Below are positions 31,744 through 41,494 of a DNA stretch of 64,000 nucleotides, in pieces. The stretch is taken from contig CAVYXA010000001.1 of NCBI GenBank assembly GCA_963772365.1, positions 224,001 through 288,000 of the forward strand. The letters are read 5' to 3'. A program made the translations under genes and the position numbers. The notes under the pieces were generated by a model. It worked only from the letters and a program-made list of their open reading frames with translations, had not been told where the DNA came from and ran no database searches. Position 1 is the first letter of the stretch. Every line of letters begins with the position of its first letter. The stretch comes from an uncultured Verrucomicrobiae bacterium. Lineage in GTDB: Bacteria; Verrucomicrobiota; Verrucomicrobiia; Chthoniobacterales; UBA10450.

Positions 31744-33717
31744 CTGGATCGAGATCCCACCCGCGTTGGAGCGAATGGATTTGTTGCGACCGCGATCACG
31801 GCATCCATGCGTCCATAGGCGAATCGAGAACCATCTGGAGAAAATGCGAGCGAGCTGACGCCATCCCGCGCGTATCCCAGCTCCTGATTATAGAACAATT
31901 GAAGCGTCCAGTCAGACACTCGCCAGAACTGAATTTGACTATCGCCTTCGGCCCCGAGGTTGGGAGGTCCTGCCAAAGCCAGATAGGCACTGTCAGGTGT
32001 AAAGGCGAGAGCTTGATTTCGATTGGAGAGGGTGGCTACCTGTGTCCAATCCGAAGTGCGATAAACCCGCACCGGATCGGATGCTACGACAATGACCGTC
32101 CCATCGGGAGAAAACTTCGTAAAGCCAGAGCCGGTAAAGGTCCGAATAAAGGTGCCATCTGACACTCGCCAGATCGCCGGTACTCCTTCGCACGTAGCCG
32201 CGATCGTTGCATCATCCGGCGAGAAGTTAATTCCGGCAAACGGTCCAAAAATGAACTGGCCCGTAAGCTCCCGCACAAGGCTCCAATCGGATACACTCCA
32301 CAGCTTGATCGCATCGTGGGTTCCATTGAAAAAAGCGCCAGAGGCCAGCAATGTCCCATCATGCGAAAAGGCAAGGCCAGTCACTTCATCGGTGTGGCCT
32401 GTGAGTGTCTGAATGAGCATGCCGTCGGAAGTCCGATAAATTTGCACGGTGTGATTGCTCCCAGGAATGGCGAGCAGTTGCCCATCCGGAGAAAGCGCGA
32501 TCGTTCCGACGTTTGAGGTCGCGTTGATTGCGCTCAGGAATCTGCCGTTCGATCCATCCCAAAATCGTGCTGTCGTGTCCGCGCCGCTAATCAACTGACC
32601 GTTCGGCATGAATGCCAGCGCGTAAACTGAGCTGGAATGATTGGTAAATTGTTTGCAGTGCGATGTGCTGGGACGGACTCCAAAGCTTCATCGCGTATTC
32701 GGGATACCAACTCCCGGAAACGAGGGTCTGGCTATCGGGAGCAAACGCGAGCGCACGAACGAATGCATTATGTCCTGCAAGTGTGTCGATCAATTTGCCC
32801 CGAGCAGGATCCCAAACCCTGATGTTATGGTCCCAGGTACCGGATGCCAGGGTTTGCCCATCTGGTGAGAAAGCGACTGCACCAACGCCGCTGCCATGGG
32901 CGAGAGAGAACGCCAGACTTCCATCTTCGACGTTCCAGAGCCGGACAGTTTGCTCCCAACTGCCGGTCGCCAGGCGAGCACTATTCGGAGCAAATGCCAC
33001 CGCAGAGATGAAGTCGGTGTGTCCGGAGAGAGTCCGCGCCAATCCCCAGTCGGACGTCCGGTAGAGCTTGGCCGTGTGATCATCACTTCCGCTGGCAAGC
33101 CATCTGCCATCGCGGGAGAAGGCAACCGAATTCACCGCTTGCGCATGATCGAAACGATTGCTCACCAGCATGCCATCCGTCAGCCGACGGACTTTAAGCG
33201 ATCGATCTTCGCTTCCGCTAGCGAGATATTTTCCGCCAGGCGAAAATGCGACCGAGTCCACGGCAGCGCCAGAATCGGCAAAGTTTTGCACCAACGTTCC
33301 GTCTGAAATTCTCCAGATTTGAACGGCGCCGAAATCTGTTTGGGTGCTGGCATTGTATTGTTCGATCCCGGCTGCGATCAAGGTGCCATCAGGCGATATG
33401 GAGACCGAACGAATATCGGTCAATTGATTGTTGATGTTGTAGGGAATAGCGAAACTCCTCGTGAAGGAAAAGCCATCTGGACGCGAGAAGATCGTGTCCT
33501 TTCGCCAGAGCTTAATAGTCCGATCACCGCTCGCGGACACGAGAAACTGGCCGTCGGGCGAATACGCGATTGAATTCACCGACTCGCTATGGCCGCCGCT
33601 CGTCCACAGAATGTTGGGGCGGCCCTGAGGCAAAGCAGTAAGGGGAAAAGCAAATGTGAGGAACGTTAAGACGCCCAGACGCCATCCGACGCAACAGGAC
33701 TCACTTAAGGTTTTCAT
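31716..33717 (-). CDS. Exported WD40-repeat protein, probably a double propeller (frameshift near 32640)
   Basis: Many GH...V..VAFSPDG..LASGS.D..(V/I)(K/R)LW repeats in two consecutive ORFs; signal peptide. Confidence 0.85.
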
Positions 33718-33842
33718 TAGCTGCGCCTTTTGTTTTTATCCTTAGATCGACAACGCATCAAGCATTACGCGCCTTCCCAGGATCATCCGAAGCGAAACGC
33801 TATGGCCTAATTGGATTGCGTCTCGTGCTATTATCCGTGGAA

Positions 33843-34232
33843 ATGAAAGAAAAACCCAAAGGCGAGTTAGTGATCCAGACCATCGCGATGCCGAAGGACA
33901 CCAATCCAAACGGCGATATTTTCGGCGGCTGGCTGATGTCACAAATGGATTTGGGCAGCGGCATTCTCGCGTCGAAGACGGCGCAGGCGCGGGTTGTGAC
34001 GGTGGCCATGGAAGGACTCTCGTTTCTCCAGCCTGTGCGGGTAGGGGATACGGTTGCGGTTTACGCCTCCGTGGAAAAGATCGGACGAACTTCGATGACA
34101 ATCCCGGTGGAAGTCTGGGTCACACGTTATATGACCGGTGAGCAATTACGCGTGACGCATGGCGTCTTTATCTACGTTGCTGTCGATGAAGCCGGAAAAC
34201 CGATTCCGGTCAAAGCCGCTTCAGTCGATTGA
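33843..34232 (+). CDS. Acyl-CoA thioesterase (YciA-like hotdog fold)
   Basis: AMPKDTNPNGDIFGGWLMSQMD. Confidence 0.93.
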   Translation: MKEKPKGELVIQTIAMPKDTNPNGDIFGGWLMSQMDLGSGILASKTAQARVVTVAMEGLSFLQPVRVGDTVAVYASVEKIGRTSMTIPVEVWVTRYMTGEQLRVTHGVFIYVAVDEAGKPIPVKAASVD

Positions 34233-34238
34233 CCGCGG

Positions 34239-34475
34239 TCATTCGCCGGATTCGGACGAGCTAACGACTCCGCTGCTAATTTGCCACTTCGATTCCTTGG
34301 ATGCCGGAATCTTGTGCTGTTGCTTCGTAATCTTTATTCGCTGCCGTTTCTTCGCTCGCATGCACTTGTTCACGTATCGTTGGTAGGCAATCTCCTGGCG
34401 TCCGCTCTTCGTGAGATAAGCACAGCCCGGCAGAAGCCAGCAGCCGAGCAAGACCACAGAGACAAGCCTCAACAT
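34239..34475 (-). CDS. Small basic lipoprotein
   Basis: MLRLVSVVLLGCWLLPGC lipobox. Confidence 0.6.
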   Translation of the reverse strand: MLRLVSVVLLGCWLLPGCAYLTKSGRQEIAYQRYVNKCMRAKKRQRIKITKQQHKIPASKESKWQISSGVVSSSESGE

Positions 34476-34563
34476 TCGTTGGGTCACGCTTGTTTCCTGA
34501 GCAAGAGTCGTGCGAACGCAGTTGGATCGACGACGATGACGATGACTGCCCACGGACGGCTGG

Positions 34564-35619
34564 CTACAGCAAATTTCGAATGCAATTCAACGCCCGAAGA
34601 TAAATGCGATGGGGACCGCCGCGCATCAGTTCCGCGCTCATCAGAGTTACCAGATCATTATTTTGGGCCGGCATCATTTGAGCGAGTGGCTTCTCACTGG
34701 ATCCACTTCGCCAAACTTCCAGCAGATCACCGCATTTTGCCGGCGCCACGATAAAATCGACGCTGCCCGATGTCAGTGTGACTTTCCCGATCGGCTTGTC
34801 TCCATGTTCGCGCAGTTCGATGTCGATCTTACGTTTGTTTCCGTCCAGGAAACGACAACTGCCGTTCACTTTCTGCTGATTCGTGGTCCAGTTTAGCTGC
34901 GCGGCCAACCAGCCGACTAGAAGAATGGCAGTCGATTTGAATTCGGGTGCGAAGTCAACCGCTACGCGCTCCATTTTGGCGAAACGATGATGGGAAGCGG
35001 GATGATCGAAGAACTGGGCGATGGCGTAACGAATCTTGTCCAGGCGCGTCCAGTTGAGATCGCAGAGAATGATGCGCTGCCGCGCTTCCTGTTCCGCGGT
35101 TTCAACCAGTCGAAATTGCTCGTCGAAATTTTTCCAGGTCTGGCTGTCGTAAATGAAACGATCGACCCAGGCCCAAAGCTGCGGGTCCATTGGATCGTGC
35201 AGATCACTCTGCCACCAGAGATAAAACGGCAGGTCCGAATCGAGGTGGGAAAAAACAATGCTCGGAAGCAGGCTTGCGCACCCACCCTGGAGCCGGAAAG
35301 AAAGTTGCTCCGAGCAAATTTGTTTGCTCCCGGCGCGTCCGATGTGACAATGCGCGCTGATCCACGCCTGCACGCCGCTTTCCTTCCCGCCGCAATCGGC
35401 TTCCATGACAATGGCTCGGCAGGCATGGTTTTCCGTAATTTTGGCGATGAGCTGTGTGTTTTTTTCCAGCGAGCCCTGCTCTTCATTGTAAACGGCGAGA
35501 TTGATCAACGACGCGCGGGTCGCGCCCTTATTCTCTGCCCAGAGCTTTTTTAATTCCTTCTCGATCTTGCCGACTTCGACCGGCAGGCCGAGAGAGAATG
35601 TTTCAGTGGCCGCAGGCAT
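34564..35619 (-). CDS. opcA: Glucose-6-phosphate dehydrogenase assembly protein
   Basis: RA...NL, DLP.YLWW, DLNW.RL; directly after zwf. Confidence 0.85.
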   Translation of the reverse strand: MPAATETFSLGLPVEVGKIEKELKKLWAENKGATRASLINLAVYNEEQGSLEKNTQLIAKITENHACRAIVMEADCGGKESGVQAWISAHCHIGRAGSKQICSEQLSFRLQGGCASLLPSIVFSHLDSDLPFYLWWQSDLHDPMDPQLWAWVDRFIYDSQTWKNFDEQFRLVETAEQEARQRIILCDLNWTRLDKIRYAIAQFFDHPASHHRFAKMERVAVDFAPEFKSTAILLVGWLAAQLNWTTNQQKVNGSCRFLDGNKRKIDIELREHGDKPIGKVTLTSGSVDFIVAPAKCGDLLEVWRSGSSEKPLAQMMPAQNNDLVTLMSAELMRGGPHRIYLRALNCIRNLL

Positions 35620-35622
35620 GGC

Positions 35623-37165
35623 TCACAATCGCCTCCACGCTCGTCCATCGCGCGCGAGCAGTTCGTCAGCTTCGTCCGGACCCCAGGAACCGGCAGGATA
35701 AAAGAACAATGGCGGCGCATCTTTTTTTATCGCCCACGCATTCTCAATGGTGTCTATAAACGCCCAGGCCTCTTCCACTTCATCGCGTCGCGCGAACAAT
35801 GTCGCGTCGCCGCCCATTGCATCGAGAAGCAAACGCTCATACGCCTCCGGGCTGGCCTTGCCAAATGAAGTGCCATAATGAAAATCCATTTTTACCGGCT
35901 CGACCCGGAAACTCGCGCCGGGCACTTTGGCGTGCATTCGCAACGCAATTCCTTCGTCCGGCTGAATCCGGATCACGAGCACGTTTTGATCGGCCAACTC
36001 CTTGTTAAACAAAACCGCCGGCGCTCTCTTGAAATGGATCGAAATCTCCGTGGCGGACTTCGGAAGCCTTTTCCCGACGCGCATGTAGATCGGCACATTC
36101 CACCAGCGCCAGTTGTCGAGGTTTAACTTCAAGGCGACGAATGTTTCCGTGATTGATTTGGGATCCACCTTGTTTTCCGCCCGATAAGCCGCCACCGGTT
36201 TTCCGTTGATCGCACCTTTCGCGGTACTGCGCGCGGACCACATTCAGGCTAACCTCGTTTCGTGCGAAATGATGAAGGGCTCGCACAACTTTTACTTTCT
36301 CGTCGCGGATGCTGTCGGCGCTCAAATCTGTGGGCGCTTCCATCGTCACGAGACACAGAAGTTGGATCAAATGATTTTGAACCATGTCTCGCAATGCTCC
36401 TGCGCCTTCGTAATAACCACCGCGATCCTCGATGCCGATCGTTTCCGCCGCGGTGATCTGGATATGGTCAATGTAATGCCGATTCCAGAGCGGCCCGAAA
36501 ATCGCGTTGGCAAACCGGAGCACCAAAATATTTTGGGCGGTTTCTTTGCCGAGAAAGTGATCGATTCGGTAGGTCTGCTCCTCGGTAAAAGATTTTCGAA
36601 CAATACGATTGAGCTCACGGGCGGAAGGCAAATCGGTTCCGAACGGCTTTTCCACAATCACGCGGGCCCAACTGCCCTCGCGGGCTTGGTTTAATCCAGC
36701 CGCCTTTAGATGTTTCAAGATCAGATCGAATTGATCGGGTGCCGCGGCGAGATAGAAAAGACGGTTGCCTCGGGTGCCGCGTTCCTTGTCGATCTTATCG
36801 AGACGATCCGCCAAAGTTTTGTAACCGGACTCGTCCTGAAATTCGCTTTGATGATAAAAGATCGATTGAGCGAAAGGCTTCCAGATTTCATCACGCACAT
36901 TTTGCCGGGAAAATTTTCGCGTCGCTTCCTCCATTTCCTTTCGAAATTCATCATCGCTTTTCGGGCGGCGAGCGAAGCCGACGATGGTGACGGCAGGTGG
37001 CAACTCGCCATCGGCCGAGAGATTGTAAAGAGCAGGGACAAGTTTGCGATGGGTGAGGTCGCCGGTGGCGCCGAAGATAACGATTGTGCACGGCTGCGGA
37101 ACTGCGCGAGTAGAAATTCCCTCGCGCAACGGATTCGGCTCTAGCGGCTCGGCCGTGCGATTCAT
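35623..37165 (-). CDS. zwf: Glucose-6-phosphate 1-dehydrogenase (frameshift near 36220)
   Basis: IFGATGDL, EKPFG, RIDHFLGKE, RDMVQNH, EAYERLL, Y.AGSWGP. Confidence 0.95.
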
Positions 37166-37295
37166 TGGCTCCGAAGATTACGCAGACTCCCCCGCAGGCG
37201 AAAGTCGAATCCATTGGTTACAGATTTACAAAACCTTGAACTGCGCAGACCCAATCCCGGGGCGAAATCTCAATCTCGATATCTATTTGAACGAT

Positions 37296-37391
37296 TGTCA
37301 TCCTGAGCGAAGCGAAGGATCTCTAGTCATTTTTTCTTCAATCGTGGAAAAGGCGAATGATCGGAGATGTTTCGCTTCACTCAACATGACA
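37296..37391. repeat. Palindromic REP-like element, family A, copy 5
   Basis: TGTCATCCTGAGCGAAGCGAAGGATCTC ... GAGATGTTTCGCTTCACTCAACATGACA. Confidence 0.85.
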
Positions 37392-37450
37392 GGATAATGA
37401 ACATTGATTATTGAAGATTTCCTCGCTCTCACTGATTCGACTTGGACTTT

Positions 37451-38266
37451 ATGAACTCATTCCGCGCGGTAATTTTCGACCTCGATGGCGTCCTGGCCGA
37501 TTCCGAGCCGACATGGGACGAGATTGACGCGCAATTGCTCGCCGAACACGGCGTCAAATATCGCGGCGAATATCACAAAGAAGTGCTCGGAGTCAGTTAT
37601 CGGAGCTCGGTCGAGTTTTTCAAAAAGACATTCGGCATTTCCGCGCCGACCGAAGAAATGATGCGGCGCCGGGGCGAGATCGCGACCGAGTTCTTCGCTA
37701 ATCGCATCGGTTTATTCCCACACGTGAAAGAAGTCTTGGAAAAATTGCGCGAAATCCGCCCGTCCGGTTCGCCTTCGGACGAACTCCCGGTAGTGAGCTC
37801 GGGCCGTTCCGCCTCTCCTCGGGAGGAGAGGATTGAGGTGAGGATCGAACTTACGCCGCAGGAAGATCGACTGCGTCTCGCCATAGCGACAAGTTCCGTT
37901 AGTGCGTCCGCGCGACCGTTCTTAGATCGACATCAACTCACAAAATATTTCGACGTCATCATCAGCGGTGACGAAATAGAACGCGGCAAACCCGCGCCTG
38001 ACATCTATCTGCGCTCGGCGGAGAAGCTGGACGTCTCGCCCAACGCCTGCCTCGTGATCGAAGATTCACTCTCCGGCATCGCCGCCGCCAAAGCTGCTAA
38101 GATGCGCGTCGCCGCCATCCCCGACCGCCGCTTTGTCAATCCGCACGATTATGAAAAGGAAGCGGATTATCTGCTCGCCAATTTATCCGAAATATTGCCG
38201 CTCGTTCGACAGTTTACTCATCCACGCGCGACCGCCAGTAATCCGGATGCCGCCGGTGATGCTTGA
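37451..38266 (+). CDS. HAD family phosphatase with a ~38-aa insertion
   Basis: FDLDGVLADSE, ATSS, GKPAPDIY, IEDS. Confidence 0.9.
   Translation: MNSFRAVIFDLDGVLADSEPTWDEIDAQLLAEHGVKYRGEYHKEVLGVSYRSSVEFFKKTFGISAPTEEMMRRRGEIATEFFANRIGLFPHVKEVLEKLREIRPSGSPSDELPVVSSGRSASPREERIEVRIELTPQEDRLRLAIATSSVSASARPFLDRHQLTKYFDVIISGDEIERGKPAPDIYLRSAEKLDVSPNACLVIEDSLSGIAAAKAAKMRVAAIPDRRFVNPHDYEKEADYLLANLSEILPLVRQFTHPRATASNPDAAGDA
37755..37870. repeat. Palindrome-rich in-frame insertion in the HAD gene
   Basis: Hairpins CGTCCG..CGGACG (37761-37781) and CCTCTCCT-CGGG-AGGAGAGG (37812-37831) followed by ATTGAGGTGAGG; boundaries approximate. Confidence 0.6.
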
Positions 38267-38510
38267 ACGCAAGAATGCGCAGCTCATCGGTCGTCGCACG
38301 ATAGTAAATTGCAAAAGGAAATCGGCGCATGAGGTAACGTGTGATGTTGGTTTCAATGATGCGATAACGGCCAGGCGATTTGCCAATTGCTTCCACCGCA
38401 GCATCGACCGCACTCAGAAACTCAGCTCCGAGTCCTTGAACGCGTGACTTGTAGAATTTTGCCGCCTCGATCAGTTCCGCTTCGGCTTAGAGATGGTAAA
38501 TCAGTCACAT
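38214..38510 (-). pseudogene. RelE/ParE family toxin with two in-frame stops
   Basis: M*LIYHL*AEAELIEAAKFY...RRFPFAIYY...ILAFKHHRRHPDYWRSR; TGA 38507-38505, TAA 38489-38487. Confidence 0.8.
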
Positions 38511-38728
38511 CCGATCGACCGTCGGGCGGACTTCATTACGTCGGCGTGTTCGCGAGCGGTCAGTGAACCGGAGGAGAGTTCTTCATCTCGTCGAAGAGAG
38601 TCTCGTAATGTGTCCGCTTCAGTCGTGTCTATCATTTCGGAACCAATGCTTTCCCACAACGTCTGTGCCAGCGACACGCGTTCGCCCAGCGGCAACGCCA
38701 TCGCTTCAGCCTTCTGCTCGGTCGACAT
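38501..38728 (-). CDS. Putative addiction module antitoxin (TIGR02574-like)
   Basis: AMALPLGERVSLAQTLWESI...RRDEEL.SG; upstream of and overlapping the toxin. Confidence 0.8.
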   Translation of the reverse strand: MSTEQKAEAMALPLGERVSLAQTLWESIGSEMIDTTEADTLRDSLRRDEELSSGSLTAREHADVMKSARRSIGCD

Positions 38729-38802
38729 GCCGAGAGATTAGTAGACTTGCTTCCTGTTCTCAACGCCTCCTACGACATTGCCGCCGGCAAAGCTGCGCAC
38801 AT

Positions 38803-38929
38803 CTGGTGAAACTGCGGGACAAAAGCAAACGCTATCGGTTACGCGTCGGCACCTTTCGTGTTCTTCGTTCTCGCCGGCGAGGTGATTCAGGTTAATGCTG
38901 TGAAGGATCGCAAGGAAGCTTATGACTGA
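38803..38929 (+). pseudogene. RelE/StbE toxin C-terminal remnant
   Basis: LVKLRDKSKRYRLRVGTFRVL / FVLAGEVIQVNAVKDRKEAYD*; frameshifted, N-terminus missing; stop overlaps the next ATG. Confidence 0.7.
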
Positions 38930-39185
38930 GGATGCCATTCTCAAAAAGATCGAGACCTTGAGCCAAGCGGTGGCTCGGCTTCAGCAGCGCGTCGAAGATC
39001 TTGAAGATTTGCGCGATTTGGAAACCGCGATTGCTGAGAACGCAGGCAAACCGCTCATTCCATGGGATCAAGTGAAAGCCGAACTCGAAGTCGAACTTAC
39101 TCCGGAATTCGAACGGCCGATTCGCCAAGCTGAACGCGACGTGGCCGAAGGCAAAGCCGCGCGAGTGCGCGAGTCCGAAGGCTAA
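38922..39185 (+). CDS. Putative antitoxin
   Basis: Acidic, EDLEDLRDL..AI.......IPWDQVKAEL; downstream of the RelE remnant. Confidence 0.7.
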   Translation: MTEDAILKKIETLSQAVARLQQRVEDLEDLRDLETAIAENAGKPLIPWDQVKAELEVELTPEFERPIRQAERDVAEGKAARVRESEG

Positions 39186-39199
39186 ATTCGCTGCTGGTT

Positions 39200-39604
39200 T
39201 TACTCGCTCGGCTTTTCCGCGAGCAACGCGCGACATGCTTCCGCGCAGCGGCGGCACGCCTCGGCGCAAACGCGGCAGTGTTCCTTGCCATGCTTCTCGC
39301 ATTCGGCGCCGCAGCTTTCGCACGATTGGATGCAGGCGCGCAGTTGGGCTCCGGCCAGTTTGAAATCAGTGCGGGTGAAGCGCGAGACGATACGCGCCGT
39401 GGCCAGGCAGACATCGGCGCCATCGTTGCAATCGCGAATGCATTGCACCATCTCCGCCACCTTCTTCTCGCCCAGACACGCGTCGGCGCAGGCGTTGCAC
39501 GCTTCCGCGCACGCATAACAAGCGGTGATGTATTCGATGTTGGTCGCGTGATCTGATGAAGGATTCACCGGATGCGTTTCGAACATTTGTTTGATGTATG
39601 ACAT
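39200..39604 (-). CDS. Four-helix-bundle Cys-rich copper storage protein (Csp/DUF326)
   Basis: Repeated CxxCxxxC motifs, HCRVCAEACRRC. Confidence 0.9.
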   Translation of the reverse strand: MSYIKQMFETHPVNPSSDHATNIEYITACYACAEACNACADACLGEKKVAEMVQCIRDCNDGADVCLATARIVSRFTRTDFKLAGAQLRACIQSCESCGAECEKHGKEHCRVCAEACRRCAEACRALLAEKPSE

Positions 39605-39878
39605 CGGTGTGAATTGTTGATTGCTCTACCATCTGATCGCTTTCGCGCGCGTAGTCAGATGTTAAAAGGTCGAAAGCGCGGCAGCGCGCCTAACGAACGT
39701 TTCCTCATCGATCTTCGGCACCGGCGGCGACGTCGTTGTTTCCGATCCCGCGGCAGCCGGCCTAACGATGCGAGTTTACCGAATCGTTCTTTTGCCCTGA
39801 ACCGATTCGCGCGCGATTGTGTTTGCGTCCGATCGCGCTGAAATTTATTCGTCCGCGCGGACATAGTCGGCCAACAGT

Positions 39879-41474
39879 ATGATTATAACGCGCGAGCAAT
39901 TGCCAAAGCTCAGTGAAGACCTCCTGCGGCGCGAAGTGCTAATTCCGCTGTTTCGGGCCATGGGCTACCAAGATGTTTTCCACCATCACGGAGGAGCCTT
40001 AGAACAGGGCAAAGACATTGTAATGTGGAAAGGAGAGGATTTCAGAGCGCGGGTGAACTATGCTGTCGTCGCAAAAAAGGGCGACCTTACTGGCAGAGTG
40101 ACGGGCCGCGGGAGTGCGGGTGAAGTGGAGATGCAAGTACGCCAATGTTTCGGCTCATCTTACAAAGACCCAACAAGCGGTGAGGAGCAAAAGGTCCATA
40201 AGTGTTTAGTTGTTTCTTCCGGAAGTATATCGACGGAGTTCATTAACGCTGTTCATGGTGCTCTCGCACAATCCGGCCTGGATCGTGATACCGATTTCAT
40301 CGACGGCGATAAACTATTCGCCAATGTCGAGAAAGTGCTGCCCCAGAAAACGGCCTCGGTATTCAGCAGAGTACACGATCTGCAAGAGTTTCTAGCTCAG
40401 CAAGCCTCGGGCTTTGCTACTACAATCACATCATCCGGTGACGAGACGTCAATCTCGTTCAGGCCGGTGGATGAGAAGACTGCCGGAGAAGCCGGCGCAG
40501 TTTCGGTCAACGCCTTCGGCGAGGCCGGATCTCAAGCGCGGCAGAAGTTCGAACAATTTCTCAGGACAGGAGAACCATTCACGTTGCGGAAAGGAGAGTT
40601 CGACTCTGTTGAGCTTCCAGCGATGCTCGAGAAAATATGGGGAATTTCGTTGGGCGATCTCGATGAGATCAGCGTGCGATCTTCTGATAACCCGCCGGTT
40701 TCGTTTACGATCAGACGAGTTTGCGAAGATGGTGACTCTGGTGAGTTGCCTAACGTCGAGCTCGCGGCCGTGAAAAAGGGAAGTGAGCAGGTAACACTTT
40801 CCAATGAGCGTCAAAACGCACCGTGGACAATCACAATTCTTATGTGGCCATATAAGATGCAGTTGTCATATCGCGTTCGGCTCGTTGGAGGCAACGTGAT
40901 GCATGCACTTCGATGGTTGCAATTTCAGCGTGCGCTCGCGAAGCCCGGAGTAATCATACTTCAGCAGGTTGAGAATGGCATCGAGCATCAGACTGCCGGA
41001 GAGCCGGCGTGCAGTGAACCACCGGATCCACGAGTCGTCGCGTTAGTTGAGAAGTTGGTTTTGATTCAAAAGCGAACAGGAACGCTATTAAACCTGCCTG
41101 CAACATTTTCGGTCGAAGAAGAGGATCAGATCGCTCGTTTGTTCGGGGTCATAACGACAGGCCGACTGCCGTTGCGAAGTATTCGGTTCAGTCTAAAAAA
41201 GGGTTCGCTACGTAAGAACCGCGAAGTATTAGACAAGCCTGGAACGTTTCGAATCGAGTTTGATGAAGATGAACTAATGCCGTGCCTCGGCGCGAAAATA
41301 GCCGTCGGTCCGAAACGAATTGTCTGCTCCGATGTTCGATTATCGTCGAGTATCGCAAAGAGTTTCGCAGCTGAGTTATCCGAAGGTAGCGATGAAGATG
41401 AGATTTTCGTAGAATTCGAAGGCTCCGCTGAGCAGCCGATCGAAGCTTTGTACACTAGGTGGCTGAAGGACTGA
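39879..41474 (+). CDS. Hypothetical protein with N-terminal Mrr-like PD-(D/E)XK nuclease domain
   Basis: E....L.PLF..MGY..V....G..EQGKD...AVVAKKG...FIDG..L. Confidence 0.6.
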   Translation: MIITREQLPKLSEDLLRREVLIPLFRAMGYQDVFHHHGGALEQGKDIVMWKGEDFRARVNYAVVAKKGDLTGRVTGRGSAGEVEMQVRQCFGSSYKDPTSGEEQKVHKCLVVSSGSISTEFINAVHGALAQSGLDRDTDFIDGDKLFANVEKVLPQKTASVFSRVHDLQEFLAQQASGFATTITSSGDETSISFRPVDEKTAGEAGAVSVNAFGEAGSQARQKFEQFLRTGEPFTLRKGEFDSVELPAMLEKIWGISLGDLDEISVRSSDNPPVSFTIRRVCEDGDSGELPNVELAAVKKGSEQVTLSNERQNAPWTITILMWPYKMQLSYRVRLVGGNVMHALRWLQFQRALAKPGVIILQQVENGIEHQTAGEPACSEPPDPRVVALVEKLVLIQKRTGTLLNLPATFSVEEEDQIARLFGVITTGRLPLRSIRFSLKKGSLRKNREVLDKPGTFRIEFDEDELMPCLGAKIAVGPKRIVCSDVRLSSSIAKSFAAELSEGSDEDEIFVEFEGSAEQPIEALYTRWLKD

Positions 41475-41494
41475 CGTAGCTGGGTACTGAGACG

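Noticed and set aside
36005..36243. Programmed frameshifting in zwf (and grpE, rsmE, ligase)
   Set aside because: No consistent slippery site or stimulator; too many unrelated genes affected; sequencing indels are more parsimonious
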